DNA of 64,000 bases from an uncultured Gemmatimonadaceae bacterium (GCA_963781585.1 CAWAGQ010000004.1:896001-960000); one strand, 5' to 3'. Positions 34,501 to 44,446 are shown, numbered from the stretch's first letter. Notes: generated by a model from the letters alone, not told the origin. Made by a program: numbers and translations.

Positions 34501-34970
34501 TGTTGCGCGTCTTCCCACGACCGCGCGATCCGCCCCGCAGGGACGGCGAGGCCGATCCGCTGCATGGCGGTCGCGAATTCCTCGCGATCCTCGGCCAGCC
34601 TGATGGCGCGCGCCTTGGCGCCGATCAGCTCAACCCCGTAGCGCTCCAGCACCCCGCTCTCCGCCAGGCGCATCGCGACGTTGAGTCCGGTCTGCCCGCC
34701 CATGGTGGGGAGCAGCGCGTCCGGCCGCTCGCGTGCAATCACCAGTTCCACGTACTCCGGCGTGACCGGCTCCAGGTAGGTCCGGTCCGCGATCTCCGGA
34801 TCCGTCATGATCGTCGCCGGATTGGAGTTCACGAGAACGACCTCGTACCCGAGCTCGCGCAACGCTCGTGTGGCCTGGGTGCCCGAGTAGTCGAACTCCG
34901 CCGCCTGACCGATCACGATCGGTCCCGATCCGATCACCAGAATACGGTGGAGATCAGCGCGTTTGGGCAT
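31596..34970 (-). CDS. carB: Carbamoyl-phosphate synthase large subunit
   Basis: [21 protein letters not shown], duplicated ATP-grasp domains, MGS domain. Confidence 0.99.
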   Translation of the reverse strand: MPKRADLHRILVIGSGPIVIGQAAEFDYSGTQATRALRELGYEVVLVNSNPATIMTDPEIADRTYLEPVTPEYVELVIARERPDALLPTMGGQTGLNVAMRLAESGVLERYGVELIGAKARAIRLAEDREEFATAMQRIGLAVPAGRIARSWEDAQQITEFTGFPAIIRPSYTLGGSGGGVAYNREEYETIVRRGLAESPVGQVLIERSLLGWKEFELEVMRDFADNVVIVCSIENLDAMGIHTGDSITVAPAMTLTDREYQVMRDAACAVIREIGVEAGGCNIQFAISPQNGEMVVIEMNPRVSRSSALASKATGFPIARIGAMLAVGLRLDEIPNDITRTTPASFEPVLDYVVVKCPRFAFEKFTNVSPHLTTQMKSVGESMAIGRTFKEAFQKGLRALEIGRAGWVVGERAADDRLPDDSLESLRGALAQPTPERVFQIKRALLAGVPAAQLHELTAIDPWFLEQLGELVEAERSYAALAAVGEEEVREMKRMGFSDRQMAELRGETEDEARERRWGLGVRPAYKMVDTCAGEFPSSTPYLYSSYDDESEAPRTERRSIIILGSGPNRIGQGVEFDYCCVRAVMALREQGFEAIMINSNPETVSTDYDVSDKLYFEPLTLEDVLEIVHREQPIGVIVQLGGQTPLKLTRPLEAAGVRVLGTSPDAIDVAEDRKRFEQIARDLGIRQPENGTAFSVDEAAAVADRIGFPVLVRPSYVLGGRAMQIVYDEPSLRGYFETAARVSEERPVLIDRFLEDAFEADVDAIADGTRVVIGGVMQHIEDAGIHSGDSACVLPPYLIEERHIDAMKAHTVALAQALGVVGLINVQFAVKHGVVYVLEVNPRASRTVPFVSKAIGVPLASVAARVMAGETLDAIGFTREIVPPYVSVKEAVFPFTKFREFDPLLGPEMRSTGEVMGISDSFGSAFAKAQLAADNALPLEGAIFITVNDPDKPTVTPIARRFQEMGFTLYATDGTRRYLRGRGIAVEAVRKLHEGRPNGIDLMVNGQVQLLINTPLGKHAQYDDYQLRRTAIAQRLSYTTTMSAASAACDAILALRSRRPVVRSLQEWHEVVRASSDAGLSGAEAGAAAPRSDGSPARADAVPSASALPVARRAPLTIEGAP

Positions 34971-35082
34971 GTCCGGTCGCGCACGAGGAATCGCACCGGG
35001 CGACACAGCGCGAACTGCGCGTGCGTTCTTCACACGCGCAGTCCTCCATGGCGGGTCGCCGTCGAAGGGCTGTCACAGGCAC

Positions 35083-36039
35083 TCAGGCGTCAAGGGTCTG
35101 CATGTCCGCGCTCACCATCATCGCGACAAGCTCCGCGAAAGATACCTTCGGAGTCCACCCAAGTCTCGTGCGCGCCCGGGAAGCGTCGGCCACGCGCGCC
35201 GGTGCCTCGCCGGACCGCACCAAGCGTTCGTCGACGGTGACGTGCTCGCGATAGTCGAGCCCCACGGCCCGGAATGCGGCCTCGCAGAACTCACGCACCG
35301 TGTGCCCCTCTCCGGTCCCGATCACGAAGTCCTCCGGCGGGTCGTGCTGCTGCATGAGGTGCATCGCGCGTACATGATCGCCCGTAAATCCCCAGTCGCG
35401 GGTCACGTCCAGGTTGCCGAGGGCGAGGGTGGTCTCGAGACCCCGGGCGATGCGCGCCGCGCCCCGCGTGATCTTGCGGCTTACGAATGAGGGGTCCCGA
35501 CGCGGACTCTCGTGGTTGAACAGGATGCCTGACGCGACGCGAAGCCCCTGCGAACGCCGGTACGCCCCGGCGAGGACATGTCCGTATTGTTTGGCGATGG
35601 CGTAGGGGGATGACGGCCCCAGGGGTGACACTTCGGAGAGCGGACGGTCGGAGTCCCCGAATATTTCGCAGGAGCTCGCCTGGAACACGCGCGCCCCGGA
35701 CGCGCCAAGGCGGACGGCCTCGAGGAGGCGGGCCACCCCCAGCGCATTGGTGTCACCGACCGCAACCACGTCCTGCCATGACCGCCCCACGTGCGACGAC
35801 CCGGCGAGATTGTAGACTTCGTCGGGCCGGACCTTCCGCACCACCCGGGACAGCCCGTCCGCGTCGAGGAGCGACGCCTGGTGCAGCGCTACGCTCGTAC
35901 GAAGGGATCCCGGGAGCCGGTCCGCGGCAGCTGCGACGTCCCGGCTGGTCCCGGCCACCTCGTACGCGAGGTGCAGGAGATGCTCGGCGAGATACGTGCC
36001 GTCCTGGCCCGAGATTCCGGTGATCAGGGCTGTCGGCAT
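35083..36039 (-). CDS. gmd: GDP-mannose 4,6-dehydratase family protein
   Basis: ALITGISGQDGTYLA, PDEVYNLA, SPYAIAK, FNHESPRR, LGNLDVTRDWG. Confidence 0.88.
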   Translation of the reverse strand: MPTALITGISGQDGTYLAEHLLHLAYEVAGTSRDVAAAADRLPGSLRTSVALHQASLLDADGLSRVVRKVRPDEVYNLAGSSHVGRSWQDVVAVGDTNALGVARLLEAVRLGASGARVFQASSCEIFGDSDRPLSEVSPLGPSSPYAIAKQYGHVLAGAYRRSQGLRVASGILFNHESPRRDPSFVSRKITRGAARIARGLETTLALGNLDVTRDWGFTGDHVRAMHLMQQHDPPEDFVIGTGEGHTVREFCEAAFRAVGLDYREHVTVDERLVRSGEAPARVADASRARTRLGWTPKVSFAELVAMMVSADMQTLDA

Positions 36040-36169
36040 CGGGCGCGACGGCCGGCGGTCGCTGGAGTGGCGATGTCAGAGATTACGCGGGAATCCATTG
36101 CGATGCGAGATGAGACGGCGCGGTGAGACTGGCGCCGGGTGCGCTCCGACGCGCTCCCGGGCCGATACG

Positions 36170-36198
36170 AAAAAGGGGAGCGCCTAACGCGCTCCCCC
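36170..36198 (-). terminator. Rho-independent terminator after rpmB
   Basis: Minus strand GGGGAGCGC-GTTAG-GCGCTCCCC-TTTTT: a 9-bp stem followed by a U tract. Confidence 0.85.
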
Positions 36199-36222
36199 GT
36201 GGCCGATTGCAGGCGCGACCGA

Positions 36223-36441
36223 TCACGCCACGCGGGGGGCGCGCGGCGCCCGCTGGACCTTTCCTCCGCGAAGACACCGGGTGCACACCCGTATCCTCGT
36301 CGCCTTGCCCTCGATCAGCACCCGCGCCACCTGCAGATTGGGCCGCCAGGTGCGTCGCGTCCGATTGTTCGCGTGGGAGACGTTGTTTCCGAAGGCAACA
36401 CCCTTCCCGCAATAGAAGCACCGGCTGCGATTGATGGCCAT
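36223..36441 (-). CDS. rpmB: 50S ribosomal protein L28
   Basis: CFYCGK...GNNVSHANNRTRRTWRPNLQ...CTRC. Confidence 0.96.
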   Translation of the reverse strand: MAINRSRCFYCGKGVAFGNNVSHANNRTRRTWRPNLQVARVLIEGKATRIRVCTRCLRGGKVQRAPRAPRVA

Positions 36442-36444
36442 GCC

Positions 36445-36801
36445 TCATCCCTCCATGAGCTCGATCCGGGCCATCTCCGCGCCGTCGCCCTTGCGGTGGC
36501 CGATCTTCAGAATGCGTGTGTACCCGCCCGGCCGCTTCACGAACCGCGGTCCGAGTTCCTGGAAGAGGCGGTCCGCCGCGGCGCGCTTGTGGACGTGGCG
36601 TCCCGCCATCCGGCGGTCATGCAGCGTCCCGCTCCGCGCCTTCGTGATCAGTTTCTCCACGAACGGCCGCAGCTCCTTGGCCTTGGCTTCGGTGGTCTCG
36701 ATCGCGCCATGCTCGATGAGCGAGGTGGCGAGACTCCGCATCAGGGCCAGCTTCTGTTCGCTGGTGCGGCGGAGCTGACGCCCCGCCTTGCGATGCCTCA
36801 T
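36445..36801 (-). CDS. rplQ: 50S ribosomal protein L17
   Basis: MRHRKAGRQL, TTEAKAKE, RPGGYTRI, RKGDGA. Confidence 0.98.
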   Translation of the reverse strand: MRHRKAGRQLRRTSEQKLALMRSLATSLIEHGAIETTEAKAKELRPFVEKLITKARSGTLHDRRMAGRHVHKRAAADRLFQELGPRFVKRPGGYTRILKIGHRKGDGAEMARIELMEG

Positions 36802-37877
36802 AACGGCAAATCCTCCTCGTCGTCCGGAGCGTTCTCCGCGGCGCGGCTGGCCGGTGTGCCGTAATCGAGGATCCGGACGCCTTCACCGTTCTCCTCGTAC
36901 CGCATCCCGAAGGCGAGCCCCTGCTTCTCGAGCAGCGCCGCGATCTCCTGCAGCGACTTCTTGCCGAAATTCTTCACCTGCAGGATCTGGCTCTCGGTCT
37001 GGCGGACCAGATCGCCCAGTGTGCGGATGTTCGAGTTCTTGAGCGAGTTCACCGAGCGAACGGACAGATCCAGATCGTCGATCGGTGTCTTGAAGAGTTG
37101 CGCCAGCCTGGCAGCGTCGCCGGTTGCCGCATCCCCACCCACGGTGACCGCGGCCGAGGTGCTGGATCCGAAGCCAGCGAAGTACTGGAAGTGCGTCTGC
37201 GCCAGGGCCGCGGCGTAGCTCACGGCCTCCTCGGCGGAAATCGTCCCGTTGGTCTCGACGGTGAGGGTGAGCCGGTCGTAGTCCGTGCGCTGGCCCACGC
37301 GGGTCTCAGCCACCGTGAAGTTGGCGCGGCGGACCGGATTGTAGATGGCGTCGATCCGCACCACGTCCACCGGCAGCGCCTTGTCGACCACATGCTGATC
37401 CGCATCGACGTAACCACGCCCCTTGTTCACATACAGCTCGACGTTGATGTCGCGATCGTCCTGGAAGGTGAACAGATGATGGCGCGGATCGAGGATGCGC
37501 GCCGACGAGCCCTCCTCGATATCACCGGCGGTGACCGCGCCGCCAGCCGACTTGTGGATGCGCAACACCGCATCCTCGACCCCATCGGAGAGCGCCAGAA
37601 CCAGCGTCTTGAGATTACCGATGATCTGATGGACGTCTTCCACGACTCCCGCAATGGTCTGATGTTCGTGAACCACCCCGTCGATGCGGAAACCCCAGAC
37701 CGCGGCGCCGCGCAGCGACGACAGCAGGACACGCCGCATGGCATTGCCCAGTGTGTGGCCGTACCCGCGCTCGAGCGGCTGGACGCGGAATTCCGCGACG
37801 TTCGGATTGTCATCGCGCTTGTGCACTTCGACAAGCTGCGGAAGAACGAGACCCTTCAGGTCGATCGCTTGTGGCAT
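36798..37877 (-). CDS. rpoA: RNA polymerase subunit alpha
   Basis: PLERGYGHTLGNAMRRVLLSS, RVGQRTDYD, alpha-CTD LSVRSVNSLK...NFGKKS. Confidence 0.98.
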   Translation of the reverse strand: MPQAIDLKGLVLPQLVEVHKRDDNPNVAEFRVQPLERGYGHTLGNAMRRVLLSSLRGAAVWGFRIDGVVHEHQTIAGVVEDVHQIIGNLKTLVLALSDGVEDAVLRIHKSAGGAVTAGDIEEGSSARILDPRHHLFTFQDDRDINVELYVNKGRGYVDADQHVVDKALPVDVVRIDAIYNPVRRANFTVAETRVGQRTDYDRLTLTVETNGTISAEEAVSYAAALAQTHFQYFAGFGSSTSAAVTVGGDAATGDAARLAQLFKTPIDDLDLSVRSVNSLKNSNIRTLGDLVRQTESQILQVKNFGKKSLQEIAALLEKQGLAFGMRYEENGEGVRILDYGTPASRAAENAPDDEEDLPL

Positions 37878-38043
37878 TTGGAAATCACCTGTGCTCGGTC
37901 ATGCCGCGGCGGCGCCGCGGCAACGCCCCACCCCGCCCCTGACGCGCGGTGGGCTCGTACGGAAGTCAGGGTCCGGACCACCTGCAAACAGACCGGGGCG
38001 GAGATCGCCAAATCGGGGCGACCATCCGGCCCACAGTCTCCGA

Positions 38044-38676
38044 CTACTTCGAATAGAGCTCCACAACCAGCTGCTCCTGCGCGGCAATCGGGATGTGGGG
38101 ACGGGTGGGACGCTCCAGCATCCGGCCGCTGAACGTGTCGCGATCGACCGCGAGCCAGGAGGGCGACGCCCCGCGCGAGGCATGCTGCATCGCCTCGATG
38201 AGGAATCCGTTCTCCCGGGCATCCGCCTTGATCCGGATCTCCTCCCCCGGCACCACGGCATAACTCGGGATATCCACGCACCGACTGTTGATCTCCACGT
38301 GCCGATGCCGGATGAGTTGACGCGCCGCTTTGCGACTCGACGCGAACCCCAAGCGATACACCATGTTATCGAGTCTGCTCTCAAGTGCTGCGAGAAGGTT
38401 GTGTCCCGTCACGCCCGGCATTTTCGAGACGTGCTCGAACATATTCCGGAACTGACGCTCGCTGAGCCCGTAGATGCGCTTGATCTTCTGCTTTTCGCGC
38501 AGCTGCTTCGCGTACTCCGAGGCCTTTCGGCGACGGGCGGTCGATTGGCCGTGCTGGCCGGGGGCGTAGGGGCGGCGTTCCACCGGGCATTTCTCGGTGA
38601 AGCACTTGGTCCCCTTCAAGAACAGCTTGGTCCCCTCCCGGCGGCACTGGCGGCAACTGGGGCCGGTATATCGCAT
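38044..38676 (-). CDS. rpsD: 30S ribosomal protein S4
   Basis: YTGPSCRQCRREG, QLREKQK, LESRLDN, VVELYSK. Confidence 0.98.
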   Translation of the reverse strand: MRYTGPSCRQCRREGTKLFLKGTKCFTEKCPVERRPYAPGQHGQSTARRRKASEYAKQLREKQKIKRIYGLSERQFRNMFEHVSKMPGVTGHNLLAALESRLDNMVYRLGFASSRKAARQLIRHRHVEINSRCVDIPSYAVVPGEEIRIKADARENGFLIEAMQHASRGASPSWLAVDRDTFSGRMLERPTRPHIPIAAQEQLVVELYSK

Positions 38677-38680
38677 CCGC

Positions 38681-39058
38681 CTACACCCTCCGCCGCTTCG
38701 GGGGACGGCAGCCATTGTGCGGGATCGGGGTGACGTCCTTGATGGACTTCACCTGAAGTCCCGCCGTGGCCAGCGCCTGAATCGCGGACTCGCGCCCGCT
38801 GCCGGGGCCCTGCACACGCACGTGCACGCGCCGCACGCCCAGCGACAGCGCCTCGCGCGCTGCCTGCTCGGCGGCCACCGTGGCCGCGAAGGGCGTCGAC
38901 TTCTTCGATCCCTTGAAGCCCGCCTTCCCCGATGAACCCCAGGCGACCGTATTCCCACTCATGTCCGTGATGGTCACCGTGGTGTTGTTGAACGTCGCGC
39001 TGATGTGCGCGATGCCTTCGGCCTCGATAACCCGTTTGCTCTTCTTGCCGGTTGCCAT
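38681..39058 (-). CDS. rpsK: 30S ribosomal protein S11
   Basis: [38 protein letters not shown]. Confidence 0.98.
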   Translation of the reverse strand: MATGKKSKRVIEAEGIAHISATFNNTTVTITDMSGNTVAWGSSGKAGFKGSKKSTPFAATVAAEQAAREALSLGVRRVHVRVQGPGSGRESAIQALATAGLQVKSIKDVTPIPHNGCRPPKRRRV

Positions 39059-39129
39059 GCGCTCGATGTCAGTGTGGTCTGCGGGGACGCCGCGCTGAGG
39101 CGGACCGCACACCCGCGGTTGGCTCTCGA

Positions 39130-39507
39130 CTACTTCGTCACCTTCTTCTTCCCTGCGATCGCGCGCCGCGGTCCCTTCTTGGTGCGCGCATTCGTGTGCG
39201 TCCGCTGACCGCGAACCGGCAGACCGCGCCGATGGCGAATCCCGCGATACGACCCGATGTCCATCAGGCGTTTGATATTCATCGCCACTTCGGTGCGCAG
39301 CGCGCCTTCCACGCGGTGATCCTTTTCGATCACCTGTCGCAGGCGGTTCACATCCGCGTCGGACAGATCGCGAATGCGGAGGTCGCTACTGACACCGGTC
39401 TTCTCGAGAATACGGCGTGCGGTGGCGCGTCCGATGCCGAAGATGTACGTGAGGCCGATCTCTACCTTTTTTTCACGCGGGAGATCGACGCCGGAAATAC
39501 GTGCCAT
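39130..39507 (-). CDS. rpsM: 30S ribosomal protein S13
   Basis: [33 protein letters not shown]. Confidence 0.98.
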   Translation of the reverse strand: MARISGVDLPREKKVEIGLTYIFGIGRATARRILEKTGVSSDLRIRDLSDADVNRLRQVIEKDHRVEGALRTEVAMNIKRLMDIGSYRGIRHRRGLPVRGQRTHTNARTKKGPRRAIAGKKKVTK

Positions 39508-39508
39508 G

Positions 39509-39625
39509 TCAGCCCTGCCGCTGCTTGTGCTTGGGGTTTCGCTTGCAGATGATGCGCGTCACGCCGTTGCGCTTGATGACGCGGCAGTGTTCGCAAATCG
39601 GTTGCACACTTGTACGAACCTTCAC
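39509..39625 (-). CDS. rpmJ: 50S ribosomal protein L36 (38 aa, absent from the ORF track)
   Basis: Manual translation from [51 protein letters not shown] upstream. Confidence 0.96.
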   Translation of the reverse strand: MKVRTSVQPICEHCRVIKRNGVTRIICKRNPKHKQRQG

Positions 39626-39670
39626 AGACCCTCTCCTTCCGCTCGACGGCGCAAATTGGCCAAGACGCTG

Positions 39671-39699
39671 AAGATACAGGGCTTGGCGCCCCTGTGCAA
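39671..39699 (-). promoter_or_regulatory. Sigma70-type promoter for the alpha operon
   Basis: TTGCAC-17 nt-TATCTT on the minus strand, 45 nt upstream of rpmJ. Confidence 0.7.
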
Positions 39700-39728
39700 G
39701 AGACGCGCCTTCGCCGGGATCCCGGACC

Positions 39729-40448
39729 CTAGGCGCCGCCCGCAGCGGCAGCGCGACGGATCTCCGCGCGAACCCTCGTCATGGCGGCCGCGGGATCGGG
39801 TGCCCCGGTAACAGCCCGCCCGAGCACCAGGTATCGCGCTCCCCGAACGGCCGCATCGTACGGCGTCACCACCCGCTTCTGGTCGTGCGCCGCGCCCTCC
39901 GCAAAGCGGATCCCGGGGACCAGCAACGCCAGCCGGTCCCCAAACCTGTCGCGCAGCGGTTGGATCTCCTGCCCGCTGCACACGACGCCGTGCGCTCCGG
40001 CTGCCGCCGCGAGTTCTGCGAACCGCTCCACCTCGCGCGCCACGCGAGCCTCGGGCCGGGACCATGCTGCGGCCAACGCGCCATCGTCCATGGACGTGAG
40101 AACGGTGACCACCAGTACCCGGCACCGCGCTCCGGCGCCCTCGACAGCCGCCAGTACCATCTCATGCCCGCCGACGCCGTGTACGGTGATCATCGACGCG
40201 CCGATCGTCGCGCACGAGTCCGCCGCCGCGCGGACCGTATTCGGGATGTCGTGGAGCTTGAGATCGAGGAAGACCCCCTTGCCCTGTTCGCGCAGCGCGG
40301 CGACCGCACGAGGGCCCGCTGCCGTGAAGAGCTCACTGCCCACCTTGTAGAACTCGCACGCATCGCCCAGATGACGAACCATCTCCAGCGCTCGATCAAG
40401 GCCTGGCACATCCAGTGCAACGATGGGAGTCGTGCCTAGCCCTTCCAT
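39729..40448 (-). CDS. pyrF: Orotidine-5'-phosphate decarboxylase
   Basis: [30 protein letters not shown]. Confidence 0.97.
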   Translation of the reverse strand: MEGLGTTPIVALDVPGLDRALEMVRHLGDACEFYKVGSELFTAAGPRAVAALREQGKGVFLDLKLHDIPNTVRAAADSCATIGASMITVHGVGGHEMVLAAVEGAGARCRVLVVTVLTSMDDGALAAAWSRPEARVAREVERFAELAAAAGAHGVVCSGQEIQPLRDRFGDRLALLVPGIRFAEGAAHDQKRVVTPYDAAVRGARYLVLGRAVTGAPDPAAAMTRVRAEIRRAAAAGGA

Positions 40449-41374
40449 TGCAATCCCCCGGTGAGGCTCGAGATGGCATCGACCCCGTGCACCTCACACC
40501 AGGACGCGAGGTCCGCGATGATCCGCTCGGGCAGGCGCGGGTTTCGCAGCGCTGCGGTGCCGATCGCCACGCATTTCGCCCCGGCGAGAATGTACTGCAG
40601 AACGTCCACGGCCGAGGCGATTCCGCCGACCCCGATGATCGGGGCGCCGGTCGCGCGGAAGACCTTCCACGTCGCCAGCACGCCCACCGGAAGGAGGGCT
40701 GGTCCGCTCGTACCGCCCGTGCCGAATCCCAGCGCAGGCTGCCGTCGCTCCACATCGATGAGCATTCCAGGAACGGTATTCACCACCGTGATTCCGTCGG
40801 CGCCGCTCTCGAGCGCTACGGAGGCGGTCGCCGCGATGTCCACCAGCGTTGGCGACAGCTTTACGAACAGGGGGAGCCGCGTCGCTCCGCGGGCCAGCCG
40901 GACCACCTGTTCCAGCGCACGCGGGTCGGCCCCGAATTCCAGCCCACCCGCCTTGACGTTCGGGCAGCTGACATTCAGCTCGAAGCCGTCCTTGCCAGGT
41001 ACGTCATCAAGGCGAGCAACCACATGGGCGAATTCCTCTGCGGTGTCGCCCACCACGTTCACCAGGACGCGTGCGCTCCCCGCGTGCGCGGCGAGCCACG
41101 GGAGGTGCGCGGCGCGAACTTCTTCCACGCCCGGATTTGCGAGTCCAACGGCGTTCAACATGCCGCCCGCGAATTCCATCACGCGAGGAGGAGGCGCACC
41201 GGCGCGCGGAGCGGGGCTCACGGCCTTCGTCACGAGGCCACCGAGCTTTTCGATCGCGCAGACGTCGGCGAGCTCGCGGCCGTATCCGGCCGTTCCGGAT
41301 GCCAGGAAAACCGGGTTCTGGACTTCGATGCCGGCCAGCGTGACTGTGAGTCGCTGCGGCATCGCGGGCGTCAC
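40436..41374 (-). CDS. pyrD: Dihydroorotate dehydrogenase, family 1 (1B catalytic-type)
   Basis: ASGTAG, MLNAVGLANPG, ELNVSCPN, VKLSP, GGTSGP. Confidence 0.93.
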   Translation of the reverse strand: MTPAMPQRLTVTLAGIEVQNPVFLASGTAGYGRELADVCAIEKLGGLVTKAVSPAPRAGAPPPRVMEFAGGMLNAVGLANPGVEEVRAAHLPWLAAHAGSARVLVNVVGDTAEEFAHVVARLDDVPGKDGFELNVSCPNVKAGGLEFGADPRALEQVVRLARGATRLPLFVKLSPTLVDIAATASVALESGADGITVVNTVPGMLIDVERRQPALGFGTGGTSGPALLPVGVLATWKVFRATGAPIIGVGGIASAVDVLQYILAGAKCVAIGTAALRNPRLPERIIADLASWCEVHGVDAISSLTGGLQWKG

Positions 41375-42654
41375 GGCTCTCCGGAGCCCGCGCTCTCGCG
41401 CCGCTGCTGGTAGTGCGAGACGTAGCGTTCGGTTGCGTCGGCGATGGCGCGCGCGAGCGTCTGCTGACCCGATGCGCTGGAGAGATAGCTGGCTTCGGTG
41501 GCGTTGGTCCCGAACCCGATCTCCACCAGCACGGCCGGCATGTGGGCCGTGACCAGCACCAGGAATCCGGCCTGTTTCACGCCACGATCCTGCCCCGACG
41601 GGTGGACCTGTCCCAATCCTTCCTGAATCGTGGCGGCCAGTCGGCTCGATTCGCGCAGGTTCTCATTCTGCTCCATGTCGGCGAGGAGATACGAGAGCGG
41701 GTCGCCTGGCTCGGCATCGACTCCAACATCGTACTTCGACGCCTCGTTTTCCATCTCCTGCACACGCTTCTCGTCCTCGGTCTTGGCCTCGGAGAGAAAA
41801 TACGTCTCGAACCCGCGTGCGGCGCGAGGATTCTGCCAGTGCAGGTTGGCGGCGTTCACATGTATCGAGACGAAGACATCGGCCGCCGCGCGGTTGGCGA
41901 TGCGTCCGCGGTCGGCGAGCGCAATCAGGGTGTCGGTCGTGCGGGTCATGATCACCTTGGCCCCGCGCGCCTGCAGCAGATCGCGCACTCGTCGCGCCAC
42001 CGCGAGCGTGATGTCCGCCTCGTAGACCTTGTGGCTGGCGCCAATCGGGCCGCTCATACCCCGATCCGGTCCGCCGTGGCCCGCGTCGACGACGATCACC
42101 GGTACTAGGTCGCGGGGGCGGCTGGGCGGCGGGGGCGCGCCGCGATTCGGTGGCGTCGCGTCGGCAGGCGGGCGCCCCTTCTCTGCGGAGGGAGCTGGGG
42201 CCACGGGGGCCGCGACCGCGGATGTCGCGCTCGGGACAGCGGGCGGGACGCGACCGGTACTCGACGCGAGCCTGGCGAGCTCCCGCCGACCGGCATCGTA
42301 TCGATAGCCGGCCGCGAACCGCGGTATGACGTCGGTCACCACCCGCAGAGCGAAATACAGTGTGCCATCGACAATGAGCGGAGCCGCCCCGACCGGCACC
42401 AGTTCCGTTCCGACCCGAACGGCCGGCAGATCCAGCGTGAGGTCGAACCGCGCGCCCCCAGCTTCGATCGTGTAGCGATCGCGGCTGACCCGCGTGAGGC
42501 GCGCGCCTAACGGCGGGAGGACCTGATCGCTGCGCACGATCGGGCCCGACCGCGTCACCACGACGGGCACCGATACGGACCGATCCCCCGCCCGCACCGT
42601 GAGCGCGGCGGCAGGGACGGCAGTCTGGAAAAACGTGAGCAGTGTGATGATCAT
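41371..42654 (-). CDS. N-acetylmuramoyl-L-alanine amidase (Amidase_3)
   Basis: VDAGHGGPD, EADITL, TRTTD, VSIHVNA, PAVLVEIGF. Confidence 0.93.
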   Translation of the reverse strand: MIITLLTFFQTAVPAAALTVRAGDRSVSVPVVVTRSGPIVRSDQVLPPLGARLTRVSRDRYTIEAGGARFDLTLDLPAVRVGTELVPVGAAPLIVDGTLYFALRVVTDVIPRFAAGYRYDAGRRELARLASSTGRVPPAVPSATSAVAAPVAPAPSAEKGRPPADATPPNRGAPPPPSRPRDLVPVIVVDAGHGGPDRGMSGPIGASHKVYEADITLAVARRVRDLLQARGAKVIMTRTTDTLIALADRGRIANRAAADVFVSIHVNAANLHWQNPRAARGFETYFLSEAKTEDEKRVQEMENEASKYDVGVDAEPGDPLSYLLADMEQNENLRESSRLAATIQEGLGQVHPSGQDRGVKQAGFLVLVTAHMPAVLVEIGFGTNATEASYLSSASGQQTLARAIADATERYVSHYQQRRESAGSGEP

Positions 42655-43145
42655 CGTCGGCGAAAAGCACGCGCCATCTCGCGCTCGGCATCGCGGCGGC
42701 GGGAATCCTCGCGCTTGTCGTGCAGCTTCTTTCCCCTGGAGAGCGCGACCGTCACCTTGGCGCGGCCGCCCCTGAAGTAGAGCTCGAGCGGAACGAGTGT
42801 GAGTCCCTGGCGCTCCACGGCGCCTATCAGCCGACGAATTTCGCGCCGGTGGAGCAACAGCTTCCGCGTGCGTGTCGGCTCATGGTTGACGTAGCCCCCG
42901 CTGCCGTACGGCGCGATGTGGCAGTTGACCAGGTACAGCTCACCGTCCCGAACAATGCCGTACGCATCCGAAATGTTCGCCCTGCCTTCGCGCAATGACT
43001 TCACCTCGGTTCCGGTCAATACGATCCCCGCTTCGAAGACCTCCAGCACATGATAGTCGTGGCGCGCGGCCTTGTTTCGGGCGATGGTCTTCTTCGACCC
43101 CACCTCGCCGCCGCTGCCGCTACCTCTCTGCTCGCTGGGTGCCAT
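42651..43145 (-). CDS. smpB: SsrA-binding protein
   Basis: NKAARHDY, EAGIVLTGTEVKSLR, RKLLLHRREI, GKKLHDKR; start re-picked because the ORF-track extension runs into the tRNA. Confidence 0.97.
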   Translation of the reverse strand: MAPSEQRGSGSGGEVGSKKTIARNKAARHDYHVLEVFEAGIVLTGTEVKSLREGRANISDAYGIVRDGELYLVNCHIAPYGSGGYVNHEPTRTRKLLLHRREIRRLIGAVERQGLTLVPLELYFRGGRAKVTVALSRGKKLHDKREDSRRRDAEREMARAFRRR

Positions 43146-43176
43146 TGGTGTTGGAGGCGCGTGACCGGCGGATTGG

Positions 43177-43206
43177 TTGACTCGCGCAGGGAGGGACCGA
43201 TAGCTT
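43177..43206 (+). promoter_or_regulatory. Sigma70-type promoter of tRNA-Leu
   Basis: TTGACT-18 nt-TAGCTT, followed by a GC-rich discriminator just upstream of the tRNA. Confidence 0.6.
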
Positions 43207-43216
43207 CCCGGGCCCT

Positions 43217-43301
<85 letters not shown>

Positions 43302-43345
43302 CATCCCTCCGGCACGAGCGCGCTCCCGCCGGTCGCCCCGGCGGG

Positions 43346-43918
43346 TCAGGTCCGCGGTGTTCCGAATACCGCGGATGGCGGCCGGTCTTCGGGAAGCACC
43401 ACCTCTCCGAACGCGTTCCGGAGAGCGACGTTCGAAGCGCCAATGTACTGAGCGAGGATACCCCCCGCACGCTCCACGTCCCGCGGGTCGGCGTGCCGCG
43501 CTCCGCCGGCAGAGGTGAGCAGCGCACGGCCGAGTCGCGCCCCGGTCGCTTCATCCGCGCTGCGCGCCATGAGCACCTTGCGGTACGCTGCCAGCCGATC
43601 GTCGAGCTGCCGTTCCGCCGTCCGCACCATGCCCGCCGCCACGTTGCGATCCACCTTGAGCGCCTCGCGCACCTGGCGGGCCACGATCGATCCCGTACGG
43701 TCGTCAAGGGCGTCGCGCTCGGCGACCAGGAGTCCGAGCGCCCGGCGCGCATAGCGCAGCTCCCAGCGCGCGCGGTCATCATCGCCCGACGTCGCCACGC
43801 CCGAGAGCCACCGCACATCCTCATCATCGGGCTCGGCGAAGAGGGCGGCGACATAGCTGGCCGCGCCGCGACGCAATCGCCATTCCATCCGCCACGCACC
43901 GAACAGTCGGGCCGCCAT
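43346..43918 (-). CDS. Hypothetical helical protein
   Basis: 190-aa ORF 15 nt downstream of Rrf2, with coding-like composition. Confidence 0.7.
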   Translation of the reverse strand: MAARLFGAWRMEWRLRRGAASYVAALFAEPDDEDVRWLSGVATSGDDDRARWELRYARRALGLLVAERDALDDRTGSIVARQVREALKVDRNVAAGMVRTAERQLDDRLAAYRKVLMARSADEATGARLGRALLTSAGGARHADPRDVERAGGILAQYIGASNVALRNAFGEVVLPEDRPPSAVFGTPRT

Positions 43919-43933
43919 GGCGCCGTCCCCGCC

Positions 43934-44389
43934 TCAGGCGTGCTGTGCGGGCAGGCCCACGCGCTCGCGCACCACGGACTCCTCGGCGAGAAGGTCGCTC
44001 AGTCGAATGCCCTCGAGCGTCTCGTCGATCCGCCTCTGGAGCAGCTGCCACACCGGACGGAGACTGCAACCCCGCGCCTCCGAGCAACGTTCTTCAGAAA
44101 CCGGGTGCGACACGCAAGGAAGGTCGAACGTCGAATGTTCCGACGCCGCGACCACTTCGCGCACGGAAACGTCGCCAGGCTCGCGCGCCAGCACGTAGCC
44201 TCCCCGCGCGCCCCGGGTGCTGGAAATGATGCCGGCGCGGCGCAGCCGGAGCAGGATCTGCTCGACGTAGTCCGGCGGAAGCCCCTCTTCGCTCGCAATC
44301 TCCCGGCCGGTCACGGGTCCCTCACCGTACCGGTGCGCAAGACGGACGCAGCAGATCAGTCCGTATTCGGCCCAGGTCGTGATTCGCAT
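43934..44389 (-). CDS. Rrf2-family transcriptional regulator (three Cys, IscR/NsrR-like)
   Basis: MRITTWAEYG, YVEQILLRL, STRGARGGY, C-x9-C-x5-C. Confidence 0.93.
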   Translation of the reverse strand: MRITTWAEYGLICCVRLAHRYGEGPVTGREIASEEGLPPDYVEQILLRLRRAGIISSTRGARGGYVLAREPGDVSVREVVAASEHSTFDLPCVSHPVSEERCSEARGCSLRPVWQLLQRRIDETLEGIRLSDLLAEESVVRERVGLPAQHA

Positions 44390-44397
44390 CGCTGGAC

Positions 44398-44403
44398 AAT
44401 ATA
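44398..44403 (-). promoter_or_regulatory. Putative -10 box (TATATT) 8 nt upstream of the Rrf2 ATG
   Basis: Minus strand reads TATATT-gtccagcg-ATG; no SD. Confidence 0.45.
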
Positions 44404-44446
44404 AGGCCGCGCGCTGGAGCAGCGCCGTCGGCGATATGAGGACACC

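Noticed and set aside
39070..39112. Imperfect hairpin between rpsM and rpsK
   Set aside because: It pairs well only on the non-transcribed strand (G-U pairs become A-C on the mRNA); weak evidence.
40436..41374. pyrD lacking an adjacent pyrK
   Set aside because: Dispersed pyr genes are common, and absence from the genome cannot be judged from one window.
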